Source: an uncultured Planctomycetia bacterium
GTDB taxonomy: Bacteria; Omnitrophota; Gorgyraeia; Duberdicusellales; 4484-171
Direction: 5' to 3'
NCBI GenBank assembly: GCA_964635565.1
Contig: CAZWON010000001.1
Location: 71,020 to 135,019 of the forward strand
Length of the DNA stretch: 64,000 nt
Shown here: positions 17,316 through 27,803 of the stretch, piece by piece
How positions within the stretch are numbered: position 1 is the first letter of the stretch
Layout of the letters: each line of letters begins with the position of its first letter
Program-made: the position numbers and the translations under genes
Notes under the pieces: model-generated
What the model saw: the letters and a program-made list of their open reading frames with translations, nothing else
Databases searched by the model: none
Told to the model about the DNA's origin: nothing

Positions 17316-18160
17316 TGATTGTTTTAAGGAATGTAAAAAAAGTAAGAGAAATTATCAATAAAGTTAAAAAAAGAGGAGATACAGTAGGGTTTATTCCTAC
17401 TATGGGGGCGCTTCATGAGGGGCATATTTCTTTAATTAAAGAAGCAAAGAAAAATACCAGCTTCGTAGTGGTAAGTATTTTTGTCAATCCTACCCAGTTT
17501 GGGCCGCATGAAGATTATAGAAAATATCCTCGTAATTTCAAAAAAGACAAGGAAATTCTTAAACAAGAAGGGGTAGATTTAATTTTTTATCCCAATGTAA
17601 AAGCGATGTACAGTAAGAAATTTTCTACCTATGTAGAGGAAATAGAATTAAGTAAATATCTCTGTGGGAAGCGCCGTCCAGGGCATTTTAAAGGCGTATG
17701 TACTATTGTCGCTAAACTATTTAATATTGTATTACCTGACATCGCTTATTTTGGGCAGAAGGATTATCAACAGGCAGTGATTATAAAGAGGATGGTTAAG
17801 GATTTGAACTTTTCTCTCAAAATAAAAGTTATGCCTATTGTAAGGGAGAAAGATGGTTTGGCTTTAAGCTCAAGAAATACATACCTTACTTCCCATCAAC
17901 GCAAAGAGGCTTTATCTTTATACCATGCCTTAAAATTAGCCTATAGGATGGTAAAAAATAAAAAACAGCCTCCCACAATCATTAAGGCTATGCAGAAACT
18001 AATAAAAAAAGAGGCACCTTCTTCAAAAATTGACTATATAAACATTGTGGATCCTTTTACCTTGCAAGATGTAAGGAAGATAGAAAAAAGAGTGTTAGTA
18101 GCTTTAGCTATATATATAGGAAAGGCACGTTTAATCGACAATATGTTAATAAAAAGATGA
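17315..18160 (+). CDS. panC: Pantoate-beta-alanine ligase
   Basis: PTMGALHEGH, FVNPTQF, RPGHFKGV, FGQKDYQQ, GLALSSRN, RLIDN. Confidence 0.96.
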   Translation: MIVLRNVKKVREIINKVKKRGDTVGFIPTMGALHEGHISLIKEAKKNTSFVVVSIFVNPTQFGPHEDYRKYPRNFKKDKEILKQEGVDLIFYPNVKAMYSKKFSTYVEEIELSKYLCGKRRPGHFKGVCTIVAKLFNIVLPDIAYFGQKDYQQAVIIKRMVKDLNFSLKIKVMPIVREKDGLALSSRNTYLTSHQRKEALSLYHALKLAYRMVKNKKQPPTIIKAMQKLIKKEAPSSKIDYINIVDPFTLQDVRKIEKRVLVALAIYIGKARLIDNMLIKR

Positions 18161-18972
18161 TATTATCAAGAGGTAAGTTAAAAGTAGGTATTATTGGTTG
18201 TGGAGCGATTGGCTCAGAAGTTGCTTATTTTATTGATAGAAAGTTAAATAAGTTTTTTACATTAATAGGCATTTACGATATTAATAAGGATAAAGTAGAG
18301 TCTGTGATAGCACATCTAAATAAGAAACCCAGAATATTCAGCTTTCATGCTCTTATAGCCTCTTCTGATATTATTATTGAGTGTGCTTCTATAGAATGTG
18401 CTAAAAAATTAATAGAAAAAACAAGAAGAGATAAAATACTATTTATTTTAAGTAGCGGTGTTTTTAGTATATACCCTCGTGTTTTAAAAAAAATTTTCTC
18501 TTTTAAAAGAATTTTTATTCCTTCGGGGGCTATTTGTGGAATTGATGGTATTGAGTCTTTTGCCTTAAGTAAGATAAAATCTTTAAAGCTCATCACATCT
18601 AAGCCACCATTTTCGCTTGAAGGTATAAAATTTTTAGAAAGAAAGGACATAGATATTAGAAAAATAAAGAAAGAAAAAATTTTATTTCGGGGGAATATAG
18701 AAAAAGCTATTAAATACTTTCCCAAAAATATCAATGTTGCTTCAACTTTATTTTTGGCAACAGGTTTTAAAAATATAGAGGTTACAATAAAAATCGACCC
18801 CCATATTAAAAGAAATACTCATCGTATTGAATTGATTGCTGATAAAGGCAAACTCTCTATTACCTTAGAAAATGTTCCTTCAAGAGTTAACCCGAAGACA
18901 AGTGTTGTTACGATTCTTTCTGTAAAAAATCTTCTTAAAAAGCTTGTAAATACTCTCTGGGTGGGTAGTTGA
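18157..18972 (+). CDS. nadX: L-aspartate dehydrogenase
   Basis: GCGAIG Rossmann motif, [29 protein letters not shown]. Confidence 0.85.
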   Translation: MILSRGKLKVGIIGCGAIGSEVAYFIDRKLNKFFTLIGIYDINKDKVESVIAHLNKKPRIFSFHALIASSDIIIECASIECAKKLIEKTRRDKILFILSSGVFSIYPRVLKKIFSFKRIFIPSGAICGIDGIESFALSKIKSLKLITSKPPFSLEGIKFLERKDIDIRKIKKEKILFRGNIEKAIKYFPKNINVASTLFLATGFKNIEVTIKIDPHIKRNTHRIELIADKGKLSITLENVPSRVNPKTSVVTILSVKNLLKKLVNTLWVGS

Positions 18973-18974
18973 TT

Positions 18975-21779
18975 ATGGAGTTTCTTTCTATCTATGGCGC
19001 AAAAGAGCACAATCTTAAGAATATAAATCTTAAACTTCCTAAGAATAAACTTATTGTCATTACAGGTGTTTCAGGTTCGGGAAAATCTTCATTGGCTTTT
19101 GATACCATATATGCTGAAGGTCAACGTCGATATGTGGAAAGCCTTTCTAGTTATGCTCGCCAATTTTTAGAGCAGCTTAAGAAGCCTGATGTAGAATACA
19201 TTGAAGGTTTATCACCTGCAATTGCTATTGAACAACGCACTGCAGGGGGTTCTCCACGGTCTATTGTTGCTACCCAGACAGAAGTTTATGATTATTTACG
19301 TCTTCTTTTTGCTCGTATTGGTAAACCATATTGTTATAAGTGTAAGAAGCCTATAACTAAAATGACTCCCGATGAAATTATAGATAAAATTATCAATTCA
19401 TTTAGAGATAAAAAGGTCTACATCCTTTCTCCTTTAATAAGAGGGAAAAAAGGAGAATATGTTGCTTTATTTAAACGATTACTTAAAGAGGGGTTTGTGA
19501 GAGTAAGAGTTGATAAGAAGATATGCGAGTTAGAGGAGGAAATTAAACTGAATAAATATCGTCAACATCATATTGAAATAGTAGTGGATAGGGTTGTCGT
19601 TTCTAAAACCTTAAAGAAAAGAATTGCCGATTCTGTAGAGACTGCTTTACATTATTCAGAAGGTCTATTAATAGTTTATCTTGAAGATGAGAATAGAGAA
19701 GTCATATTCAATACAAAATTTAGTTGCCCAGGATGTGGAATATCTTTAGAGGAGGTTGCCCCCCGAATGTTTAGTTTTAATTCTCCCTATGGAGCGTGTC
19801 CTGCTTGTAATGGATTAGGAACTAAGTTTGAGTTTGACCCTGATTTGGTTATCCCTGACAAAAATAAGTCGTTAAATGAAGGAGCGATTGAACCTTGGAG
19901 GAGAGGTAGCAGGGGTTACATTCTTTATTATCGTTCTTTATTAAGAGAGTTGTCAAGAGAAGTGGGTTTTAGCTTGGATATCCCTTTTAGAAAACTACCT
20001 AAAAAAATACAGAAACTCATTATTTTTGGGGATAAGAATATATGGATATGGGGTAAGCCCTTTGAAGGTGTGATTCCTCATTTAATGCGTATTTTTAAGA
20101 ATACGGATAGTGCTTATGTTAAAGAAGAGACAGCAAAATTTATGTCTCGTCTTCCCTGTCCTTCTTGTGAAGGAAAACGTCTTCGTGAGGAAAGTCTTTC
20201 TGTATATATACACGATAAATCTATTTGGGATATTGTAAGGATGAGTATTGGTGAAGCTTTTGATTTTTTTTCTTCATTTCCTCTTAACGCTTACGAAAAA
20301 AAGATAGCAGAGCACATTCTTAAAGAGGTAAAGAATCGTCTTTCTTTTTGTATTAATGTAGGTATTTCTTATTTGACTTTGGATAGGTTGAGTTCTACTC
20401 TTTCAGGGGGAGAAGCCCAGCGTATCCGTTTAGCAACTCAGGTTGGCTCTGCTCTTAGTGGTGTAATTTATATCTTAGACGAACCTACTATTGGTCTTCA
20501 TCCTTATGATAATAAAAAGTTAATTTATACTTTAAGAAAACTGCGTGACCTCTCTAATACGGTTATTGTTGTTGAGCATGATGCAGATGTTATCAAGAAT
20601 AGTGATTGGATTGTAGATTTAGGACCGGGGGCAGGTGATTATGGTGGAAGGGTGGTTTATTCGGGGAATTTAGAGGGAATAGAGAATTCGTCTTCTTTGA
20701 CAGGAAAGTATCTAAGGGAGGAGGAGAAAATATTTTTTTCTTTTCGCAGGCGTTCTTATCGAGATAAACCTTGTCTTTTCATAAGAGGAGCATCTCAATA
20801 TAATTTAAAGAATATAGATGTTAAAATACCTTTAGGGGTGTTTGTGTGTGTTACAGGAGTGTCGGGTTCAGGAAAATCTACCCTTGTTAATGAGATTCTT
20901 TATAAAGCATTAACGAAGAGGTTGTATAAGGCGAGAGAGAAACCTGGTTTACATACTTCTATAGAAGGGATAGAAATAATTGATAAGGTAGTAATTGTTG
21001 ACCAATCTCCCATTGGAAGGACTCCCCGTTCAAATCCTGCTACTTACACAGGAGTATTTACTTATATTCGGCAGGTTTTTAGTAAAATTGATGAGGCAAG
21101 GAGGCGGGGATATAAGCCGAGTAGATTTAGTTTCAATGTTAAAGGAGGAAGATGCGAGGCATGTAGGGGGGAGGGGGAGAGAAAAATCGAGATGCACTTT
21201 CTTCCCGATGTGTATGTTCCCTGTGAGGTATGTAAAGGTAAAAGATTTAACGAACAGACTCTTGAAGTTAAATTTAAAGGGCTTTCTATTTCCGATGTCT
21301 TAAATATGAATGTAGATAGCGCTTTCTCTCTTTTTAACAATTTTCCTCACATTAAAAACATCTTGCAGACCTTAAAGGATGTTGGTTTAGGCTATATTAC
21401 TTTGGGACAACCAGCAACTACCCTTTCAGGGGGAGAGGCTCAGAGGATAAAGCTTGCTTCCCAGTTAAGGAAACGTCCCACAGGTAAAACCCTCTATATT
21501 CTTGATGAACCCACGACAGGCCTTCATTTCGATGATGTAAAAAAACTACTTTTATGTTTAGAGAGATTAGTAGATAGAGGCAATACGGTTTTAGTGATAG
21601 AGCATAATTTGGATGTAATAAAATGCGCTGATTATATAATAGATTTAGGACCTGAAGGAGGAGAAGAGGGGGGGTATTTGGTTGCCTGTGGTTCGCCCGA
21701 AGAGATAATAAATAATAGATTGTCTTATACTGCAAAGTTTCTTAAAAGTAAACTGAGAGAAGTTTCTTATGAAAAGTAG
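18975..21779 (+). CDS. uvrA: Excinuclease ABC subunit A
   Basis: Two GVSGSGKS Walker A motifs, [18 protein letters not shown], Zn fingers, LSGGEAQRI twice; ATG at 18975 (TTG at 18969). Confidence 0.97.
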   Translation: MEFLSIYGAKEHNLKNINLKLPKNKLIVITGVSGSGKSSLAFDTIYAEGQRRYVESLSSYARQFLEQLKKPDVEYIEGLSPAIAIEQRTAGGSPRSIVATQTEVYDYLRLLFARIGKPYCYKCKKPITKMTPDEIIDKIINSFRDKKVYILSPLIRGKKGEYVALFKRLLKEGFVRVRVDKKICELEEEIKLNKYRQHHIEIVVDRVVVSKTLKKRIADSVETALHYSEGLLIVYLEDENREVIFNTKFSCPGCGISLEEVAPRMFSFNSPYGACPACNGLGTKFEFDPDLVIPDKNKSLNEGAIEPWRRGSRGYILYYRSLLRELSREVGFSLDIPFRKLPKKIQKLIIFGDKNIWIWGKPFEGVIPHLMRIFKNTDSAYVKEETAKFMSRLPCPSCEGKRLREESLSVYIHDKSIWDIVRMSIGEAFDFFSSFPLNAYEKKIAEHILKEVKNRLSFCINVGISYLTLDRLSSTLSGGEAQRIRLATQVGSALSGVIYILDEPTIGLHPYDNKKLIYTLRKLRDLSNTVIVVEHDADVIKNSDWIVDLGPGAGDYGGRVVYSGNLEGIENSSSLTGKYLREEEKIFFSFRRRSYRDKPCLFIRGASQYNLKNIDVKIPLGVFVCVTGVSGSGKSTLVNEILYKALTKRLYKAREKPGLHTSIEGIEIIDKVVIVDQSPIGRTPRSNPATYTGVFTYIRQVFSKIDEARRRGYKPSRFSFNVKGGRCEACRGEGERKIEMHFLPDVYVPCEVCKGKRFNEQTLEVKFKGLSISDVLNMNVDSAFSLFNNFPHIKNILQTLKDVGLGYITLGQPATTLSGGEAQRIKLASQLRKRPTGKTLYILDEPTTGLHFDDVKKLLLCLERLVDRGNTVLVIEHNLDVIKCADYIIDLGPEGGEEGGYLVACGSPEEIINNRLSYTAKFLKSKLREVSYEK

Positions 21780-24168
21780 GATAATTTTTATTGAGGCAAT
21801 ATTTTTCTTTTCTTTTCTTTCTTTTCGTATTTTTGCATTAGACAGAGAGGATGATGTTTTTTATAAAGCAGTAGATGTATATTCTGAAGGACGTTATAAA
21901 GAAAGTGAAAAGTTATTTAATAGTTTTATAAAGTCTTACCCTGATTCTTTTAAAATGCCTTCAGCTGAGCTTTATTTAGCTAAGTCTTTATATTTTCAAG
22001 GTAATTACAAAGATACAATTAGAATTTTAAATTCTATTGTGGGAAAGGAAGACTATAAGAATGTCTATGATGAAACATATTATTGGCTGTCAAAGACTTA
22101 TTATATTTTAGGAGATTATTCTAAAGCCTTTAAGTATATAGAAAAAATTATAAAAGATTATCCTAATTCCTATTTTATATGGAAAAGTAAATATTTACTT
22201 GCACAGTTATATTTAAAAAATAGCAGAGGAAAAGACGCTCTTGTTATCTTAAAAGAAATTATTAATAGTTGTAGAGAGAATGAAATTGTTGAGAATGCCT
22301 ATTTAGGACTGTTATACTTATTACGTAAATACGATGATTATAAAGAGATAAATATTTTAACCTCTCAATATTTAGATAAGAATCCCACAGGAAAATTGCA
22401 GGATAAAATGCATTTTTATCGTGCGGAAAGTTACTATAAAGATAATGAATACAATAAAGCTATAGAAGAGTATACTTTTGCTCTTAGTATAACAGATGAT
22501 AGGCAACTAAAAGATTTAATTCATCAAAAAAGAGGCTTGTCTTTTCTTGCCCAAGGAGATTTGACTCAAGCAGAGAAAGATTTTTCAAATATTTATTTGG
22601 AAGAATATAAACTTTTTTCATATGGAGTATATTACTTTAATAAGAAAGAATATAGCTTAAGTTTAGATAAATTAAGTAAATTCTTAGAGAAGTTTTCTGA
22701 AAGTGAGTATACTCCTTTAGCTTATTTATATAAAGCAGAGATTTTCTACCGTATGGGACGGATAAAAGATGCTCTATCTATCTATAAGGATATTATTGAT
22801 AACTGCGATAAGTATTATTATAAAAGTATAGCTGATGACGCTTATTATGGACTGGGGTGGTGTTATATAAAAGATGGTGATTTTAAAAAAGCTATACAAG
22901 CCTTTCAACATACCGCTCATAATACCAATAATCTCATGATTAAAATAACTTCAGAGATTCAAATAGCTAATTCCTATAAGAATAAAGGAAAGTTAGATAA
23001 AGCAGTAAGGTATTATAAAAATATATTAGAGAATTACCCCGATAGCCTTTATAGTGATTATATTTATTTTCAGATAGGAATGATTATGATAGAGAAACAT
23101 AACTGGGAAGAAGCTCTTTCTAATTTTTCTATATTAAAAAACAACTTTCCTTCTTCCAGCTTAATACCAGAAGTGCTTTATTATACAGGAGTTGTTTACC
23201 TTTCTAAAAAGGATTTTAGAGAGGCCCAAAATGCTTTTTTAAAATTTACAAAGTGTTATCAAGGACATAGATTATTTTGGCAATCGTATTATCTTTATGG
23301 AGAGGCTCTTTTGGGGGGTGGGTTGTATAGAAAAGCTGTGGAAGTTTTTAGTGAGGTTTTAAAAAGAAAAGAAAAAGGATTAGAGGAATTATCGCTTCTG
23401 GGAATGATTGAGGCGTATTATGGACTTTCTGATTTCAATAATGTTATTAAAAAAGCAAGGAAATTTTTACGTTTGTTTCCCTATAGTGATAATATTCCTT
23501 TTGTTTATTTGTATCTGGGGAAAATTTATGAAGCTCAGAGTGATTTTTCTAAAGCAGAATATTTTTATGAGCTCATAATAGAGGAGTATAATAATAGTGA
23601 AATTAAAGATGAAGCTATGTTTTCCTTAGGAGTTCTTTATTTTAATAAAGGATACTTAGATAAAGCCCAGTATTATTTTAATATACTCAGAGAGACATCT
23701 TTAAGAGAAGAAGCACAGATGTATATAGCGAAAATATTTATTTTTAAAGGTAAAGGTAAAGAAGCCTTAGAAATTTATAGAGAGATATCAAAAACAAAAA
23801 ATAAATTTAGTAAAGAGGCTCTTTTAGAAGAGGCTTTTCTTTTAAAGGAAATGAAGAGATATGACGAAGCAGAAAATATATTTAAAGAGATAATTAGAGT
23901 AGGTGAGAGCTCGCCACGTATCCATTTTGCTTTTGGGTTTTGTTTAGAGAAACTTAACAAATTAGAGGAAGCTATTGAAGAATATTATAAAGTAGTTTAT
24001 AATTCCAATTCTACAGAGGATAAAATTAAGGCTTACTTCCGTTTAGCACGTATCTATGAACGTAAAGATGATATTGAAAAGGCAAGGGGGATGTATAATA
24101 AGATAATTTCCACAGGTTACCCTGAGGCAAAAGTTGCAGAAAAAAGGTTAAGCAGTCTTATAAGGTAA
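21769..24168 (+). CDS. Secreted tetratricopeptide-repeat protein (BamD/CpoB-like repeats)
   Basis: Hydrophobic N-terminal signal; many TPR-like units ending YPDS/YPNS/FPSS. Confidence 0.85.
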   Translation: MKSRIIFIEAIFFFSFLSFRIFALDREDDVFYKAVDVYSEGRYKESEKLFNSFIKSYPDSFKMPSAELYLAKSLYFQGNYKDTIRILNSIVGKEDYKNVYDETYYWLSKTYYILGDYSKAFKYIEKIIKDYPNSYFIWKSKYLLAQLYLKNSRGKDALVILKEIINSCRENEIVENAYLGLLYLLRKYDDYKEINILTSQYLDKNPTGKLQDKMHFYRAESYYKDNEYNKAIEEYTFALSITDDRQLKDLIHQKRGLSFLAQGDLTQAEKDFSNIYLEEYKLFSYGVYYFNKKEYSLSLDKLSKFLEKFSESEYTPLAYLYKAEIFYRMGRIKDALSIYKDIIDNCDKYYYKSIADDAYYGLGWCYIKDGDFKKAIQAFQHTAHNTNNLMIKITSEIQIANSYKNKGKLDKAVRYYKNILENYPDSLYSDYIYFQIGMIMIEKHNWEEALSNFSILKNNFPSSSLIPEVLYYTGVVYLSKKDFREAQNAFLKFTKCYQGHRLFWQSYYLYGEALLGGGLYRKAVEVFSEVLKRKEKGLEELSLLGMIEAYYGLSDFNNVIKKARKFLRLFPYSDNIPFVYLYLGKIYEAQSDFSKAEYFYELIIEEYNNSEIKDEAMFSLGVLYFNKGYLDKAQYYFNILRETSLREEAQMYIAKIFIFKGKGKEALEIYREISKTKNKFSKEALLEEAFLLKEMKRYDEAENIFKEIIRVGESSPRIHFAFGFCLEKLNKLEEAIEEYYKVVYNSNSTEDKIKAYFRLARIYERKDDIEKARGMYNKIISTGYPEAKVAEKRLSSLIR

Positions 24169-24206
24169 GTACATATTAAGCTAAAATTTAAAAATTAGGA
24201 GGGAAA

Positions 24207-24848
24207 ATGATTGATTTAATGTTAAAGAGTTTTGGCTTTATTGCCAAAGGGGGATGGTTGATGTGGCCGTTGATGGCTTGTTCAATAGTCTCTTTAGCAA
24301 TTATTATTGAACGGTTTTTATTTTTTGCGAGTTTTAAAAAATATAATAGCCAAAAAATAATAGAAAAAATTTTGAAATGTTTCTCTGAAGGGAATATAAA
24401 AGAAGCCATAAGCTTATGCGAGAAAAATCCTTATTATCTTACCAATATTATTAAAGCAGGAATATACCATTATAACTATCCTAAAGGGGTTATAAAAGAA
24501 GCAATGGAAAATTCTTCTTTGTATGAAATACCTAAGTTAGAAAAAAATCTGAATTTTTTAAGTACCTTAGCACATGTTTCTCCTCTTATAGGACTTTTGG
24601 GAACAGTTGTGGGTTTGGTGAAGAGTTTTTATGCCATTGAGCAGAAAGCTGTTACTGCAGGAATGATTAATCCTTCTGATATTGCTGGGGGGATATGGGA
24701 GGCTTTGCTTACTACCGTAGCAGGATTATGTATTGCCATTATTAGTTATCTTGCCTATAATTATTTTGTCCATAAGGTTAATATGTATGTATTAGAGGCA
24801 GAAAGAGCTTCTACAGAACTCTTAGAAGTTACTTCAGGAGCAAAGTAA
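24207..24848 (+). CDS. exbB: MotA/TolQ/ExbB proton channel family protein
   Basis: GGWLMWPL, SPLIGLLGTVVG, GIWEALLTTVAGL. Confidence 0.88.
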   Translation: MIDLMLKSFGFIAKGGWLMWPLMACSIVSLAIIIERFLFFASFKKYNSQKIIEKILKCFSEGNIKEAISLCEKNPYYLTNIIKAGIYHYNYPKGVIKEAMENSSLYEIPKLEKNLNFLSTLAHVSPLIGLLGTVVGLVKSFYAIEQKAVTAGMINPSDIAGGIWEALLTTVAGLCIAIISYLAYNYFVHKVNMYVLEAERASTELLEVTSGAK

Positions 24849-25247
24849 ATGAGATTTAAAAGGCATATAAATATTGAGGCAGGGTTGAAACAATTAGAGA
24901 TTACACCTCTTATAGATTGTGTATTTTTATTACTGATTTTTTTTATGCTCACTTCTAATTTTGTAGTTTCTCCTGGTATTAATATAAGATTACCAAAATC
25001 TTCTGTATCAGAAGTTGTGCGGACAAAAACAGTTATGATTACTATTTCTTCAGAGGACCTTATATACGTAGAAGGGAAGATATTTACTTCTTCTGAACTG
25101 GAGCAGTATCTAAAGAAGGCAGATTGCAAGTCTATATTTATAAAGGCAGATAGAGATTCAAGTTTAGGAGCAGTAGTGGGAATATGGGATATATGTAAGC
25201 GCGTAGGAATAGATAAGATAGGGATTGCCACGATTTCTCGGGAATGA
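24849..25247 (+). CDS. exbD: ExbD/TolR family biopolymer transporter
   Basis: ITPLIDCVFLLLIFFM with conserved Asp, IRLPKS, IKADR. Confidence 0.9.
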   Translation: MRFKRHINIEAGLKQLEITPLIDCVFLLLIFFMLTSNFVVSPGINIRLPKSSVSEVVRTKTVMITISSEDLIYVEGKIFTSSELEQYLKKADCKSIFIKADRDSSLGAVVGIWDICKRVGIDKIGIATISRE

Positions 25248-25271
25248 AGCTTATTGATTATTAAAAAATTC

Positions 25272-25301
25272 TGGACATCTATGGCTATTTAATGGTAAAA
25301 T
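25272..25301 (+). promoter_or_regulatory. Putative extended -10 promoter giving a leaderless transcript of the wHTH gene
   Basis: TGGACA (25272), TG-G-TAAAAT (25293-25301), ATG only 6 nt downstream, no RBS. Confidence 0.5.
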
Positions 25302-25307
25302 TAGATT

Positions 25308-25505
25308 ATGATTACAGAAATAGGGATTGTTGCAGGAGAGATATGGGATTTATTAGAAAAGTCAAAAGAAACTTCTTTAAAGAATATTATAAAAAAGATT
25401 GATAAATCACCAAAGCTTATTTTTATGAGCATAGGGTGGTTGGCTCGGGAAGGGCATATTATATTAAAAAAAGAAAATAATGACTATAAAGTCTGTTTAC
25501 GGTAG
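25308..25505 (+). CDS. Small winged helix-turn-helix protein (DUF2582-like)
   Basis: IGIVAGEIWDLL...MSIGWLAREG matches the DUF2582 pattern (IG..AG.IW..L / AIGWLAREG). Confidence 0.8.
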   Translation: MITEIGIVAGEIWDLLEKSKETSLKNIIKKIDKSPKLIFMSIGWLAREGHIILKKENNDYKVCLR

Positions 25506-25839
25506 AAAAAAAGGTGTAGTCCTTGTTGTGGTAATAGGAGTGATGCTTACAATTGTTTTTCTTTGCTTAGCTGTTCTTTATGTTATGTCTCAACAGGCAC
25601 GCATAGCAGAGCATAAAATTAGAAGGTTACGAGCTTACTATGCAGCTATGGCAGGTGTGGTGTATGCTTTTGACCAGTTAAGGCAAGGTAATGACCCTTC
25701 GGGAACACCAGCTTTTCGTATTGGCAGTGGCATTAGAGGATATCCTTTCTTAGGTTTACCTGTGAATATTAATGTTGTTCATGGAGGGGGAGTAGATAAT
25801 ACAGATAAAATAGAGGTAACGGTAGATTATAATCTTTAG
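25480..25839 (+). CDS. PilX/GspK-like minor pilin (class III signal peptide, no Glu5)
   Basis: RKKG|VVLVVV prepilin-type site, hydrophobic helix, AYYAAMAGV motif typical of the PilX N-terminus. Confidence 0.72.
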   Translation: MTIKSVYGRKKGVVLVVVIGVMLTIVFLCLAVLYVMSQQARIAEHKIRRLRAYYAAMAGVVYAFDQLRQGNDPSGTPAFRIGSGIRGYPFLGLPVNINVVHGGGVDNTDKIEVTVDYNL

Positions 25840-26000
25840 AATTCCTGCCTTCTTACATTATCAAGATACCTTTCTACAAACAATTTTAGAAATATAACTT
25901 TTTAATAATGTCCTTATAAGCGTAATTGAATATTCTAATTTTATTATTGGGGAGAATTATTATGCAGAACGCTCTTTTAAGACCGCATTTAACTTTGATT

Positions 26001-26045
26001 ATACAACATATAGTGTAAGGAAAGAAATGTCACAATATATAGAAA
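26001..26045. promoter_or_regulatory. Tandem NrdR-box-like motifs
   Basis: ataCAACATATAGtgt (26001-26016) and tcaCAATATATAGaaa (26030-26045) versus consensus acaCwAtATaTwGtgt. Confidence 0.55.
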
Positions 26046-26126
26046 TAAAGTAACAAATTATAATAAATTATACTTGACATAAGTAAATAAAAATAATTAA
26101 ATATAATTGTATTTAAATTATAAAAA

Positions 26127-26315
26127 ATGAAAGAATCGAGAACAGTACGATTAATGAGTATTAGTGAATTAGCAGAATATTTGGGTCTTAGAAGACAGAC
26201 CATTTATAATTGGTTGCATCAGAAGAAAATTTCAGGGATAAAAATCGGTAAGGTATGGCGTTTTGACCGTAGAGAAATAGAGAAATGGCTTAAAAACTGT
26301 AGTAAAAATAAATGA
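26127..26315 (+). CDS. Small MerR-like/excisionase-family HTH DNA-binding protein (HTH_17, BldC-like)
   Basis: LMSISELAEYLGLRRQTIYNW..KIGKVWRFDRREIEKW; stop overlaps the next start (ATGA). Confidence 0.88.
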   Translation: MKESRTVRLMSISELAEYLGLRRQTIYNWLHQKKISGIKIGKVWRFDRREIEKWLKNCSKNK

Positions 26316-27796
26316 GTAAAGAATATCTGGGAATATATATAGGGGAGAGCTTCGTTGTTTGTGTACGTTTAGAAGATAAAAACTTAGTAGCTTTTACAAA
26401 ACTTAATATTTCATCATTAGAGGAAGATGTAAAAGAGGGTGTTGTTAAAAGAGATGTATTATGGGAGGCTTTAATAAATAAAGTGGTAAGAGAAGTAGGA
26501 GGAGGTAAGAATAATGAGGCGTTTGTTTCTTTAGAAGATAAGGAGTTTATTTACCGCTGTTTTGATATGCCTCTAATGAGTAAAAGAGAGGTAGAGGCAT
26601 CTATTAAGTATGAAATAGAAAAATATATCCCTTTTAGTATAGAGGATTTAGTTTGGGATTACGATTATGTTAAGATTCCCAAAGATAAAAAAATAAATTT
26701 ATCTTTTATAGGAATAAAGAAAATTACTTTAGAAAGATATCTCTTCTTACTTAAAGGTGCCAATATAAGGATATTAAATATTGAACCTTCTGCAGTGGCG
26801 CTTATGAGAGTGGTGAGGTCTCTAAAAATTGCAAAGAAGATAAATAATTTTATTATCCTTGATTTCTCTCCTGATGCCTCTTATATTACTTTTTTTTATA
26901 ATGATTTACCCATATTTAATAGGTTTTTAGGTAGTTACGGAAAAGAGAAAGAGAATGCTGTTGATAAAATAATAGATGAGGTAAGAATTTCTATTCAGTA
27001 TTTTAGAAGAGAATTTAGAAATTATTCTTTAGATAAGTTGTTCATTATTGGAGACTTGGATACGCAAGATATCCTTTCTTCGATAAAAAAAGAGATAGAT
27101 GTAGATTCTTTACTTGTCACTACGGAGGATATTCTAAATATTAAAGAAGCAAATGTGGGACATCTCAAAGCTTATGCAGTGGCAACTTCTTTTTTCCTTC
27201 CTGCACGATTTAAACCTACCTTTTATGGTGAACAGAAGTTATCTGTTGAAAAAATTGTTACAACAGAACTGCTTGCTTTTAATTATGTACTTTTAGGAGC
27301 AGTAATATTGATTGGTATTTTAGGTTGTTTCTTCTTTTATGCTTTGTTAGATAACAATCTTTCTGTAAAGCGCTACCGTATAAGAAAGGAAGTAAAAAAA
27401 ATAGTTCTTCCTCCTAGTGTAAAAGATAAGTCAATAGAGGAGATTAAAAGGTATATAAAAGGCAAAAAGAGCCAGATGGAAAATTTGAGAAATATTTTTG
27501 GAAAGGTTAAAGAGATTACTCCTTTTTTAGATATTATGCCTGATATTATCCCTCAAGGTTTATGGCTTGAGGATTTTTCTTTGAGAAAAGATAAGGGGAG
27601 ATTGAGTTTATCTATTACCGGTTATGTATTTCTTGCCTCTAAAGAAGAAGAGACAAAGTCATTGGATAATTTTATTTATTCCCTTAGAAATAATGAAACT
27701 ATTAAATCATATTTTTCTCAGCTGGAAATTATTTCTATTAAAAGAAAGAAAGTAGAGGGGTATGATTCTCTCAGCTTTTCTGTGAAGTTAAAATAG
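26312..27796 (+). CDS. PilM-PilN fusion-like type IV pilus assembly protein
   Basis: N-terminal actin-like PilM region (YEIEKYIPF, IIDEVRISIQYF), one TM helix, then PilN-like IPQGLWL..LSITG..FIYSL. Confidence 0.75.
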   Translation: MSKEYLGIYIGESFVVCVRLEDKNLVAFTKLNISSLEEDVKEGVVKRDVLWEALINKVVREVGGGKNNEAFVSLEDKEFIYRCFDMPLMSKREVEASIKYEIEKYIPFSIEDLVWDYDYVKIPKDKKINLSFIGIKKITLERYLFLLKGANIRILNIEPSAVALMRVVRSLKIAKKINNFIILDFSPDASYITFFYNDLPIFNRFLGSYGKEKENAVDKIIDEVRISIQYFRREFRNYSLDKLFIIGDLDTQDILSSIKKEIDVDSLLVTTEDILNIKEANVGHLKAYAVATSFFLPARFKPTFYGEQKLSVEKIVTTELLAFNYVLLGAVILIGILGCFFFYALLDNNLSVKRYRIRKEVKKIVLPPSVKDKSIEEIKRYIKGKKSQMENLRNIFGKVKEITPFLDIMPDIIPQGLWLEDFSLRKDKGRLSLSITGYVFLASKEEETKSLDNFIYSLRNNETIKSYFSQLEIISIKRKKVEGYDSLSFSVKLK

Positions 27797-27803
27797 AAAG
27801 CAG

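Noticed and set aside
21668-21674. Poly-G run in uvrA (and a similar run in the TPR gene near 23312) as phase-variation sites
   Set aside because: Both genes are in frame and the runs simply encode Gly codons.
25962-26053. Two tiny ORFs (MQNALLRPHLTLIIQHIV*, MSQYIEIK*) with weak RBS-like sequences upstream of the pilus operon
   Set aside because: Too short to support without conservation or ribosome profiling, and they overlap the putative operator sites.
26127-26315. Excisionase-like gene as evidence of a prophage or ICE
   Set aside because: No integrase, att duplication or phage genes in the window, and the gene is coupled to the pilus operon.
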